Origin: Ignavibacteriae bacterium HGW-Ignavibacteriae-1
Lineage (GTDB): Bacteria > Bacteroidota > Ignavibacteria > Kapaibacteriales > UBA2268
NCBI GenBank assembly: GCA_002839825.1
Contig: PGYU01000007.1
Location: 27,165-91,164 of the forward strand
Length of the DNA stretch: 64,000 nucleotides
Direction of reading: 5' to 3'
Below the pieces are notes generated by a model. The model was not told where the DNA came from. It saw nothing but the letters and a program-made list of their open reading frames with translations, and did no database searches. Positions 49,377-59,474 of the stretch are shown here, in pieces. The number at the start of each line of letters is the position of its first letter. The first letter of the stretch is position 1. The translations under genes were made by a program, and so were the position numbers.

Positions 49377-50524
49377 TGGAAACGGCACAAAATTTCCTTT
49401 TCCCCAATGAAATGCATATTTACTGGACAGTTATGATTGTCTTATATCCATATATCACAGGTATGGTTGCAGGTGCTTTTATAGTATCGTCATTTTATCA
49501 TGTTTTTGGTATGGAAAAACTCAAGCCAATCGCAAAATATGCACTTGTTTCATCACTTGCATTTTTACTTTTCGCGACAGTACCGCTCCTTAATCATCTC
49601 GGCAGACCCGAAAGAGCATTTAATATTATGCTGACGCCGAATTTTAATTCTGCTATGAGCGGTTTTGGCTTTGTTTATGCATTTTATATGTTAATTGTTG
49701 TATTGGAAATCTGGTTCAGTTACAGAAAGGAATTTATAGAAAAGTATAAGCAGTCAAAGGGATTTGTAAAGTTCATTTATAAGGTCCTTATTCTCGGCAA
49801 TACAAATGATAATCTTAATACAAGAAGATATGACAATAAAATGGTTGTTGTCTTGGGTGCAATCGGAATACCGGTGGCGTGTATTCTGCACGGATATGTT
49901 GGTTTTCTATTCGGTTCTTTAAAGGCAAATCTATGGTGGTCAACTCCTCTGATGTTTATTATTTTCATATTTTCGGCAATTGTTTCCGGCTTGGCGGTTC
50001 TGACATTTCTATATTTGTTTGTACATTGGAAAAGAAAACTTAAAATCAATCAGGAAGCTATTGATTTAATGTCAAAATGGCTTTGGGGGTTTATGATAAT
50101 AGCAGTTACACTCGAACTAATGGAGGTTTTGTCTATTGCTTATGAACAAACAGAAAAATGGGAAATCCTACATCAACTAATATACGGCAAACTTAAGGTC
50201 TCGTATTTATATCTACAGATTGGACTGTTTTCCATTGTGCCGTTTTTAATTCTTACAATTACATCATTAGTGAAATTTGATAACAGAATAAGAAATTTTT
50301 TGATTTGGCTCTCATCCGGCATGTTGTTAATTCAGGTTTTGCTGATGCGCTGGAATGTAGTTATCGGAGGACAGTTAGTATCCAAAAGTATGAGAGGATT
50401 TACAGAATATTTTCCGGGCTTATTAGATAAAGAGGGTTTATTAGTTTCATTTTTACTGATATTTATTCCATTTTTATTATTAAGAGCTTTTGATAAATTT
50501 TTCCCGTTTTTCGAGAAACAATAG
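49376..50524 (+). CDS. NrfD/PsrC-type membrane subunit
   Basis: YPYITG..AG, HLGRPER, LHGYVGF, RWNVVIGGQ; multiple TM segments. Confidence 0.92.
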   Translation: METAQNFLFPNEMHIYWTVMIVLYPYITGMVAGAFIVSSFYHVFGMEKLKPIAKYALVSSLAFLLFATVPLLNHLGRPERAFNIMLTPNFNSAMSGFGFVYAFYMLIVVLEIWFSYRKEFIEKYKQSKGFVKFIYKVLILGNTNDNLNTRRYDNKMVVVLGAIGIPVACILHGYVGFLFGSLKANLWWSTPLMFIIFIFSAIVSGLAVLTFLYLFVHWKRKLKINQEAIDLMSKWLWGFMIIAVTLELMEVLSIAYEQTEKWEILHQLIYGKLKVSYLYLQIGLFSIVPFLILTITSLVKFDNRIRNFLIWLSSGMLLIQVLLMRWNVVIGGQLVSKSMRGFTEYFPGLLDKEGLLVSFLLIFIPFLLLRAFDKFFPFFEKQ

Positions 50525-50673
50525 GTTGATACAACAAATTAAATTAAGTCAATCAAATAAAATATTTCACTTTGCATAATTTTATTCTTACATTTTATAA
50601 AATATTAATAGATGTTGAACTACACATTATTATAAGGCATATTCAGCATCAAAAATAAAATATTCGAATATCA

Positions 50674-50729
50674 GTTCTAATTCTCAGGATAAGTAAGCGT
50701 TGCACCGCTTATCAGATATATTTGATAGT
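50674..50729 (-). pseudogene. Orphan 3' fragment of a GWN-domain gene
   Basis: Reverse complement encodes YQIYLISGATLTYPEN-stop, then AAC, matching the end of 32651-33367. Confidence 0.8.
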
Positions 50730-50858
50730 CGTAACAAATTATAATTTAACAATTCATTCTATAGCTTTAAGTCATCGGTCCTTTCAGTTGTTACAAAGAC
50801 AGGACGAAACAAAAGAGCATGCTTTACGGGCTTGTAGCAACAGAACGGACATAAATTC

Positions 50859-51434
50859 TTAGGGGAGCCGATTAACATTGTAGTTGAGCAAGACAATCCC
50901 ACAATCGAATGATTTGGCTTGAATAAGTTTTAGATTGTGAATTGCTCCGAGCTTGTCGAAAATCTGCATACCGCTCCCAATTGCTGCCGGGTTGACGAAA
51001 ATATGATAATCGTCTATCAGATTATGCTTTATTAAATTCGATACGAATTCTGCTCCTCCATAAGCGATTATGTCTTTTCCGGGAATATTTTTCAAAGCAT
51101 TAATTTCACTTACTAAATCATTTTTAGCTAAAATAGTATTGTCCCACTCAGAATTTTTTAAAGTATTTGAAAAAACTACTTTCGGTGTTTCGGTAAATTT
51201 AATTCCTGCAGCATTTTCAGGATTGTCGGGGTCAGATGCTACACCAGCCCAATATGGGATAAAACCGGTTGCGAGCTTTCTGCCAAGCACGATGCAATCT
51301 ATACTATCTGTAAGCTCCTGAACGTAGGACATAAGTTCCTTGTCCCAATTCCAAGTAACCCAATCCATTTCGCCATTTGGACCAGCAATAAAACCATCTA
51401 TAGTCATCTGTACTTGCAATTTCAATTTACGCAT
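50859..51434 (-). CDS. Dihydrofolate reductase / RibD C-terminal family protein
   Basis: TIDGFIAGPNG, LGRK, PKVVFS, YGGA, LIDDY. Confidence 0.9.
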   Translation of the reverse strand: MRKLKLQVQMTIDGFIAGPNGEMDWVTWNWDKELMSYVQELTDSIDCIVLGRKLATGFIPYWAGVASDPDNPENAAGIKFTETPKVVFSNTLKNSEWDNTILAKNDLVSEINALKNIPGKDIIAYGGAEFVSNLIKHNLIDDYHIFVNPAAIGSGMQIFDKLGAIHNLKLIQAKSFDCGIVLLNYNVNRLP

Positions 51435-51680
51435 AATCTTTCCTTAATCTTTATAGTTCACAAAAAATTACTACTTTAGTCGAAAATGATATGTGAATAT
51501 TGGAAGAATTCCCTCAAAATGACTGACCTGTCCATCGTATTTATCTTTTAAATCCAATTCGGATATTCATCTCATCACACCGATTCTATTTGGTCAATTG
51601 AGATATTTTTTGTAATTTTAATATTGTATTTATGTCATGTTGGAAATTGATAATTGCTTACAAATTAAGAGTGCAAATAT

Positions 51681-53111
51681 ATGAAAATACTATACTTTGT
51701 TGTTACATTTATGTTGATAATCGCCAATTATGGGACTTTAAGTTCGATAGAAAACGATGATTGCATGATGTGTCATTCTGATCCCGATATGTATATGGAA
51801 AAGGGGCGTTCAAAAATTTCTCTATGGGTGGATAATTCAAAGTTTATGTTTTCTGCCCATAAAAATGTGAAATGTATAGACTGCCACAAGGGATTCGACC
51901 CCGATGATATCCCGCATAAAGAAAATATTGGGAAAATTGATTGCAACTCATGTCATCAAGGAGTCGAAAAAAAGCATACCTTCCACCCATGGATGGCAGA
52001 TGCTCCTTTGCAAAACGATTGCAAAAAATGTCATGGCTATCATTATGCAACTCCGGCTAAGGGCAAAGGCAGCAAGGTCTCCGGCATTCATTCTCTTCAA
52101 CAATGCGGCACTTGCCATCAAGATGTGGTTGACGAATATATGAAATCGGAGCATTACAAAGCATTATTGAGCATCTCGGACGAAAATGCCCCCGATTGCA
52201 ATTATTGCCATAGTAAACCCATCACTAAGGGCTGGATTGGAAATTATATTGAGCGAAAAGCAAACCAAAACCAAGTTTGTACAGATTGCCATAGTCACGA
52301 CACCAAAAATCCCTCGGTCATCAAAACGATAACAAATTCTAATTCGAGGCATTTCCAACTGAAAGCTGAAGGTAAAGAGCACGCTGCAGTATGTACGGAT
52401 TGCCACGGATTTCATAATATTAAGAAAAATGAGGATTTTGAAGCTCGTCTCAGTGTCAAAAATTCATTCTCTGCGTGTGGCAAATGCCACGTTCATATCG
52501 CCCAAGAATATCAAAACAGTATCCACGGGTTGGCTCAAATCAAAGGCAATATGGATGCTGCATCGTGCGTCAGTTGCCATTTCGAACATGATTTGAAAAA
52601 GGTTCCACACGTAGATGAAGCCATTTTCAAAAGTAATAAATTAAACAAACAATTTGCCATAGACAGCAAAATGATTTATTGCGTTTCTTGCCATGGCGAT
52701 TCGGAATTAATGGGCAAAAGCAATATCAAATCATTGTTGGAATCACATTCGTGGTTGCCGGAACTCGAAAGCCATTTTTCCGCAGTATCTTGTTTCGATT
52801 GTCATTCGAGTTATACGGTACCGTATTTATCGCATAATATATTACCTTTGGAAAAAAGTGTCAAAACTTGCAATCCATGCCACGAGCAGGACATGAATTT
52901 GAAATCTAAATTGGCAAATTATTACAAGACACGAAAAACCGGAGAATCCGGAATAATTGACGGCACAATAGGCGGTGGCAGTTACGTTGGCTTGTCTCGG
53001 AGTGTAATTCTTGATAATCTAAGTTTTATACTTCTGGGAGGCGTATTTATTGGTTTACTCGCTCATGGTTATATTAGATGGTACTTCAGAAGCAAAAAGG
53101 AATCAAAATGA
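51681..53111 (+). CDS. 13-heme cytochrome c with C-terminal TM anchor (CbcA-like)
   Basis: Signal peptide, 13 CxxCH, H.WLP..HF motif, C-terminal TM ending HGYIR. Confidence 0.88.
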   Translation: MKILYFVVTFMLIIANYGTLSSIENDDCMMCHSDPDMYMEKGRSKISLWVDNSKFMFSAHKNVKCIDCHKGFDPDDIPHKENIGKIDCNSCHQGVEKKHTFHPWMADAPLQNDCKKCHGYHYATPAKGKGSKVSGIHSLQQCGTCHQDVVDEYMKSEHYKALLSISDENAPDCNYCHSKPITKGWIGNYIERKANQNQVCTDCHSHDTKNPSVIKTITNSNSRHFQLKAEGKEHAAVCTDCHGFHNIKKNEDFEARLSVKNSFSACGKCHVHIAQEYQNSIHGLAQIKGNMDAASCVSCHFEHDLKKVPHVDEAIFKSNKLNKQFAIDSKMIYCVSCHGDSELMGKSNIKSLLESHSWLPELESHFSAVSCFDCHSSYTVPYLSHNILPLEKSVKTCNPCHEQDMNLKSKLANYYKTRKTGESGIIDGTIGGGSYVGLSRSVILDNLSFILLGGVFIGLLAHGYIRWYFRSKKESK

Positions 53112-55270
53112 AAAAGTTAGAACTATACCCGATTTGGATTAGAATTTGGCATATTTTGCAAGGTATTTTATTTCTTCTTCTTTTGATTTCCGGTGTTGGT
53201 ATGCATTTTGGGATTGTACCGATTGGCTTTTCATTGCCAATCCATATTTATTCCGGTATCACGATGTCGGTACTATATATACTATTTTTCGTAATGAATT
53301 TCGCAACCGGGAATGCAAAACATTATTTCAAAATTCAAAAAGGGACAGTAAAGAAATTTTTTGTAGAATTAAAATATTATTTTTGGGATATATTTATTCA
53401 GCAAGAATTGGCATACGACCCGGAAATCATTAAATTCGGTGTTTTCAAGCAATTATTATATTTGAAAATAATGTATATAGTTATTCCATGTATTATTATT
53501 ACAGGATTAATTATTTTGATACCAAATCTGATGCCTGAAACGATTTTTGGTAGCTCAGGTGTTTGGGTTATTACGCTGATTCACACGATAATGGGATTCT
53601 TCCTGACTGCGTTTTTCCTTTTGCACTTATATTTGGGTACAACAGGCAAGACAGTTGGTCAATTATATAAAGCAATTGCAAGCGGTAGTCTGGAATACGA
53701 AGAAAAAATACCGGAACAAGAATTACCATCGGATTTAGTAAAGAAAAAGAAATTCTTCCCGACATCATTTTATAATCCGCTTACAATGCTCGGCTCATTA
53801 TTAGCATTAATGGCATTTGTAGTGATTATCGGACTATTATTTGTTGACATAATTGCAGGATTTGACAATCCCTATATCGGCATTGTTACATTCATTTTCT
53901 TACCTATAATTCTTGGTCTCGGTATAGTATTGATATTTCTCGGGGCTTTATGGGAAAGCAAAAAACGTTTTCTTGCCCAAAAGAAAGATAAACCATTGCC
54001 AATAATAGATTTAAATAGTCCCAAAACCCAAAGAATAATAGCATTTATGTCAATTATTGGTGTGATTTTGTTATTATTCACAGTATTCGGCTCGTTTAAA
54101 GCTTACGAATATACGGAATCTGATGAGTTTTGCGGCGAGGCATGTCATCAGGTTATGCACCCTGAATATTTGGCATATCAAGATTCTCCGCATTCAAATG
54201 TGGGATGCGTCAAATGCCACATCGGTTCAGGTGCAGATTGGTTTGTCAAAGCCAAGTTGTCCGGTAGTTGGCAGCTGATTTCGGTTATGTTTGATTTGTA
54301 TTCAAAACCGATTCAAGTGCCTGTTGCTCATCTACGTCCTGCCCAAGAGACTTGTGAGCAGTGCCATTGGCCCGCTAATTTCAATAGCGAAAAGAAAATA
54401 GTCTATGATTTTTTCCAATCGGACGAAGTCAATTCCGAAACGATGTTGACAATGTTACTCAAAACCGGTGGTGGTACACCTGAAAGCGGTAGGCAATCCG
54501 GGATTCATTGGCATATGAATCTCGCTAATGAGATTCATTATATTGCAAATGATTACGAGCGCCAAGATATTCCTTGGGTGAGAGTGGTTTCAAAATTGAC
54601 CGGCGATACGACTATTTATATCAGAGAAGACGACGAAATAACACCGGATATGCTCGAGCCCGAAAAATTACGGAAAATGGATTGTATTGATTGCCACAAC
54701 AGACCATCGCACATTTACAAGATTCCTTACAAGGAAGTAAATACATATATGTCGAATCGCAAAATTGACAATTCACTGCCATTTATCAAAAATCTCGCCG
54801 TCCAAATACTCGAATCATATTCGATTAATCGCGAAAATTCATTGGCGGAAATTAGTAATTATATAAATAATTTTTATAATAAATATTACCCTGAAACAGC
54901 GAAGGGGAAAAAGCATCAGATTCAGCAATCAATCCACCACATTAACACAATTTATTTGCGAAATTATTTCCCGGAAATGCATACAAATTGGAAACGATTC
55001 CCGAATAATTTGGGGCATATGTATTCCGATGGGTGCTTCAGATGCCACGACGGTAAACACAAATCAGCTGACGGGAAAGTGGTGAGCCACGATTGCAATG
55101 TTTGTCATACAATTATTTCACAAAAAACGCCCGGTCAAATTGAAGAAACACGCGGTTTAGACTTGGAATTCAAGCATCCCGGTGGCGAAAATCTCAACAT
55201 CGAAAACAGACTTTGTTCCGACTGTCATGGCATTAAACAAGTGAAAAACATACAGGCATTCAAAAAATAA
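53108..55270 (+). CDS. Fusion of a cytochrome b (CbcB/HyaC-like) domain and a NapC/NirT-family 7-heme ImcH-like protein
   Basis: ATGA overlap with the upstream stop. N-half has RIWH, IHI, IHT and LHLYL His ligands. C-half has NPY.G, IDLN, YTES..FCGEACH plus 6 CxxCH. Confidence 0.85.
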   Translation: MKKLELYPIWIRIWHILQGILFLLLLISGVGMHFGIVPIGFSLPIHIYSGITMSVLYILFFVMNFATGNAKHYFKIQKGTVKKFFVELKYYFWDIFIQQELAYDPEIIKFGVFKQLLYLKIMYIVIPCIIITGLIILIPNLMPETIFGSSGVWVITLIHTIMGFFLTAFFLLHLYLGTTGKTVGQLYKAIASGSLEYEEKIPEQELPSDLVKKKKFFPTSFYNPLTMLGSLLALMAFVVIIGLLFVDIIAGFDNPYIGIVTFIFLPIILGLGIVLIFLGALWESKKRFLAQKKDKPLPIIDLNSPKTQRIIAFMSIIGVILLLFTVFGSFKAYEYTESDEFCGEACHQVMHPEYLAYQDSPHSNVGCVKCHIGSGADWFVKAKLSGSWQLISVMFDLYSKPIQVPVAHLRPAQETCEQCHWPANFNSEKKIVYDFFQSDEVNSETMLTMLLKTGGGTPESGRQSGIHWHMNLANEIHYIANDYERQDIPWVRVVSKLTGDTTIYIREDDEITPDMLEPEKLRKMDCIDCHNRPSHIYKIPYKEVNTYMSNRKIDNSLPFIKNLAVQILESYSINRENSLAEISNYINNFYNKYYPETAKGKKHQIQQSIHHINTIYLRNYFPEMHTNWKRFPNNLGHMYSDGCFRCHDGKHKSADGKVVSHDCNVCHTIISQKTPGQIEETRGLDLEFKHPGGENLNIENRLCSDCHGIKQVKNIQAFKK

Positions 55271-55283
55271 ATTCATAATTAAA

Positions 55284-55416
55284 CAATTCATCCGATGACT
55301 TTCGAGTCATCGGATGAATATAGAATGGATATTTCTTATGGACATCAACAGCGTTCTATCCAAATTTCCGTCATTTTTAGCCACCGACGAAGAATCAAGT
55401 TTTCATAAAAATACAT
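55284..55416 (+). repeat. Composite ~130-bp 3' element, copy 2
   Basis: ATTCATCCGATGACT-TTCG-AGTCATCGGATGAAT..CAACAGCGTTCT..GAAGAATCAAGTTTTCA. Confidence 0.8.
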
Positions 55417-55596
55417 GAATTACTCATTTCGTTCAAAATGACAAATGGAGCTTGATACTGCGTATGTATAAGTCCCTGAATTATTATTATGATGCTTAAC
55501 TTATATAATTTACAAATAGAAAGTTAGTATTAAATATAATAGTTTAAGATTTTATTCGTAATGCTTTCTAATTTTAAAACAAGGAAGTATTTAATT

Positions 55597-56790
55597 ATGT
55601 TTAGATTATTATTACTAATAGTTTTTCTTTTTACAGTAATAAACTCCTATGCTCAATGGGTGAGAGTAGAGCAATTGCCGCAGATTTATATAACCGGTAT
55701 TGCCCTTAATGATGAAACAATATTTGTGGCAGCAGATACATGCATTATTTTCAAAAGTACCGACAATGGGCAAAATTGGCAAAGTATAAACTTTGACTAT
55801 AATGAAGCCGGAGCTTCAAATATATCATATCTGAATGGTAAAATTTATGTGGGAACTATTGCCCATGGCGTTTATGTCAGTACTGATAACGGTAATTCGT
55901 GGAATAATAAAGGTCCCTCAATGATGCCTGTCTCCGGTTTTTCAGAATTTAAAGGTGAAATTTATTGCTCAACATTAGGAGACGGTGTTTTTGTTGAGAC
56001 TACAAGCTCTTGGGTGCGAATGAATAACGAATTACCTACCTATTCCCAACAAATATACACAATGACTTCGACTCCTAATAATTTACTAATATCAGCGGGG
56101 TCTAACGGTGTTTGGTACAGATACGATTTTGAAATTGGTAAATGGATTGAAGGGTATTTTGACGAGGGTTTATCTCCCGGAATGGAAATCTGGAAGATGA
56201 TTTATGATAACGGTATCTGTTACGCTTCAGCACGAAATAGAATATTTTCGAGTACAAATGATGGAGAAAAATGGGTACAGGATATTGTGGGTACAAAGAA
56301 TGGTACAGATAGGATAATGTACGCAGGAAAAGAACATATATACGCACTCACAAATTCAAGCATGGTTGGTGTCTGGATTCAGAAGCGTTATAAGAATTTG
56401 CCCGCCGGCTCTACTTGGAGCAACGATGAGGAGTTTGTAAATAATGTTTACGCTTTCGACATCCTCGAATACGACGACAAGCTGTTCCTTGCAACCGACA
56501 GAGGACTTTATATAAAGCCCTTAAGTAATACTCATGTTGACTATGAAAATTCAAGCCAGGTTGAAATTTTTCCCAATCCGACTTCAGACGGTTTTGTTCA
56601 AATCAGGAATTCAGAAATAATTAATAAATATGAAATTTTCGATATAACAGGCAGAATTGTCCATAAAGAAAACATCAATGATAATGAGCTTGTTCTTTCT
56701 TTAGACCTCGATTCGGGATTGTATTACGTATCCATAAATTGTTTAAACGGACAAAATTTCTTTATCCCTCTATTAGTTGGCAAATACTGA
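55597..56790 (+). CDS. Asp-box beta-propeller protein with T9SS CTD
   Basis: STDNGQNW, STDNGNSW; IFPNP..FDITGR..GLYYV; ATG 55597 follows AAGGA. Confidence 0.85.
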   Translation: MFRLLLLIVFLFTVINSYAQWVRVEQLPQIYITGIALNDETIFVAADTCIIFKSTDNGQNWQSINFDYNEAGASNISYLNGKIYVGTIAHGVYVSTDNGNSWNNKGPSMMPVSGFSEFKGEIYCSTLGDGVFVETTSSWVRMNNELPTYSQQIYTMTSTPNNLLISAGSNGVWYRYDFEIGKWIEGYFDEGLSPGMEIWKMIYDNGICYASARNRIFSSTNDGEKWVQDIVGTKNGTDRIMYAGKEHIYALTNSSMVGVWIQKRYKNLPAGSTWSNDEEFVNNVYAFDILEYDDKLFLATDRGLYIKPLSNTHVDYENSSQVEIFPNPTSDGFVQIRNSEIINKYEIFDITGRIVHKENINDNELVLSLDLDSGLYYVSINCLNGQNFFIPLLVGKY

Positions 56791-57117
56791 TTTTTCGCCC
56801 CGTCAGTGTTACAATTGTGAAATAAAGAGCCTGTTTTACAGTATTTCAACTGATTGAAAAAGCAAATTCTCGTCAGTAATAACAAAGACAGGACAAAATC
56901 CTGTCCAGTCATTACTCTTCTACTTATTGCAATAACTTATTTACTCGAACGTGCTTTTTTTTATGAAAAATGAATGTATCATGATTATATCAAATCATGC
57001 AACTAACTCTTGTTGCGGCTTTAAGTATTCCGGATTATCAGACATGTATAGAGGAGAAATCCACTAAGGTTTAACTTATTTTAGTTCATTTTGAGGTATG
57101 GTAGGATGTATGCTTGT

Positions 57118-59454
57118 ATGAAAAAAAGCTTATTAATTGTTCTAATTATGTTCCTATCCTCCGTTTACGGTCGTACTCAGGTTCTGTATATCAACGAAGT
57201 CATGTCGTCCAACAACCAATTCTACTTTGACGAAGACGGGGACGATAGTGATTGGATTGAAATTTACAACAATTCCGGCGAGCCTGTCAATCTCGCAGGA
57301 TACTGCTTATCTGATAAAGCATCGCAACTTAATTGCTGGAGTTTCCCCAATGTAGTGATTGAAGGATATGACTACCTTGTTGTATTTGCATCGAACAAGA
57401 ATCGCGCTGAAATAGGCAAAGAGTTGCATACGAATTTTGCAATAGCTGCCGATGGCGAGGACCTCTTTCTTAGCTACGGCGGGCAAATTGTTCATATGTT
57501 GCCGGCGAAGACGCTTGAGAGCAACACAAGCTATGGACTTTTCCCGGATGGTCATGACCAAACCTTCGTCTTTGCAAACCCCACTCCCGGTGCAGCCAAT
57601 TTTTACCAAGAATCAAATGAACAAGTGCATTTTTCGCATGTGGGTGGGATTTACGACCAAGTTTTTAATTTGGAGTTAGCAAGTAATCATCCTGAAAATA
57701 GAATATTTTATACAACGGATGGTAGCACTCCTACTGCCGAATCAATGTTATACGAATCCGCTCTTGAACTCGATACATCATTTCATTCTCAACGAAACAT
57801 ATCTCAAATTTTGGTTACACCACCATCGGCGCACCAAGCACCCGCCATTACTGATGTCCCAAAGGCTATAATCATCAAAGCAGCTGTTTTTGACGATAAA
57901 GGCAACATGATTAGCGAAGTTACAACTCATTCGTACTTTTTCCAATCATTAAATATAAATCATAATAGCCTTCCAATAATCTCGATTTCAGCGGATTATG
58001 ATGATTTGTTTGATTACCACACCGGAATTTTGGTTCCCGGAGTTAATTGGGATGCATCTAACCCCAATATTACCGGTAATTACGTACTTAGAGGAATTAA
58101 TTGGGAACGCGAAGCGTATGCCGAATTTTATGAATCAAATAATCAAATAGGATTTAAACAAAAGGTAGGTTTAAGAACTCATGGGGCAAATTCCCGTCTT
58201 AAATCACAAAAGGGGCTTAAAATTTATGCAAGAAGTAAGTATGTATTGTCTAAATTTAATTATAAGCTCTTCGATGATAGGACCACTAATATTTTTAACA
58301 CACTTATATTAAAACCATTTTCTGTATCATGGAATCTCACAGGTGCAGAAGATTACACTGCAAATAAATTGGTAGTAGGGTTGGATGTTGATGGTGTGGC
58401 ATCGCGTCCTGTGGTATTGTATCTCAATGGCGAATATTGGGGCGTATATTATATTTCTGAGAGAATTGATGAAGATTATTTAGAGACATATCACGATGTT
58501 GACCCGGATAATGTTGATATTATTGGAACTTGGTATGGTACTCCCGAAAGCGGAGACAATACAGCTTATCTGGAAATGTATGAATTTGTCAAAAACAATG
58601 ATTTCTCCGATGATGCAAATTACAAGGAAATTTGCAAAATAATTGATATTGATAATTTTATTGATTATCAGATTTTTCAAATATATATTGCCAATTATGA
58701 TTGGCCCGCAAATAATTTCAGATGTTGGCGTTCAAAAACTCCCGGTAGCAAGTGGAGATTTGCTTTCTTTGATGGTGATGCTTGTTTTATGAGTCATAAG
58801 AAAGATATGTTTGAACATGCTACAGATACATCCGACAACGTCTGGCCCACTAATGCCGGGTCTACTATGATTTTCAGGAAAATGTTGGAAAATGATATTT
58901 TCTTAAATAAATTCCTAATTAGAATAGAAAACATTTTAAATCAATTTTTATATTATAATAAATCTTCTGTTTTTCAAAAAACTGTATTTCATTTTTTAGA
59001 GCCGGAAATTACTAAACAAATTAAACGCTTTTCACATCCTATGGATTACGATGATTGGACATATATGATGATTGTATTAAATTATTTTTTAGAAGGAAGA
59101 ACATGTTCGCTAAAGGAACAAATTTACGAAAAATATGGAATTGACCTTTATATCATTGAATGTTTACATGATTCAGTTAAAGATGATCCCAAGTTCAACA
59201 ACACTCTCAAAATCTTCCCCAATCTGACAACAGGCAACTTTCGGATTAAATTTATTCCCAAGTATTCAGGTAATTATGAATTTTATCTGACAAATTTAAT
59301 GGGTGAAAAGATTTATTTAGAAAGTAGATATTTACATCAAGAGTTAGCACATACCGGCTTGTATAACATATCCTTATCACCCGGAATTTATTATATTGCA
59401 ATCCAAGGCGATAAGGAGTATTGTTCGGGGAAAATAATTATTATTACTGAATAA
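57118..59454 (+). CDS. Lamin-tail domain + FN3-associated domain + CotH kinase family protein with T9SS CTD
   Basis: INEVMSSN..DWIEIYN, IFYTTDGS.P, YLNGEYWGVY..ER, NYDWP.NN, FDGD; IFPN..GIYYI..KIII. Confidence 0.88.
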   Translation: MKKSLLIVLIMFLSSVYGRTQVLYINEVMSSNNQFYFDEDGDDSDWIEIYNNSGEPVNLAGYCLSDKASQLNCWSFPNVVIEGYDYLVVFASNKNRAEIGKELHTNFAIAADGEDLFLSYGGQIVHMLPAKTLESNTSYGLFPDGHDQTFVFANPTPGAANFYQESNEQVHFSHVGGIYDQVFNLELASNHPENRIFYTTDGSTPTAESMLYESALELDTSFHSQRNISQILVTPPSAHQAPAITDVPKAIIIKAAVFDDKGNMISEVTTHSYFFQSLNINHNSLPIISISADYDDLFDYHTGILVPGVNWDASNPNITGNYVLRGINWEREAYAEFYESNNQIGFKQKVGLRTHGANSRLKSQKGLKIYARSKYVLSKFNYKLFDDRTTNIFNTLILKPFSVSWNLTGAEDYTANKLVVGLDVDGVASRPVVLYLNGEYWGVYYISERIDEDYLETYHDVDPDNVDIIGTWYGTPESGDNTAYLEMYEFVKNNDFSDDANYKEICKIIDIDNFIDYQIFQIYIANYDWPANNFRCWRSKTPGSKWRFAFFDGDACFMSHKKDMFEHATDTSDNVWPTNAGSTMIFRKMLENDIFLNKFLIRIENILNQFLYYNKSSVFQKTVFHFLEPEITKQIKRFSHPMDYDDWTYMMIVLNYFLEGRTCSLKEQIYEKYGIDLYIIECLHDSVKDDPKFNNTLKIFPNLTTGNFRIKFIPKYSGNYEFYLTNLMGEKIYLESRYLHQELAHTGLYNISLSPGIYYIAIQGDKEYCSGKIIIITE

Positions 59455-59474
59455 ATAATAAAATTTGTTAAAAA

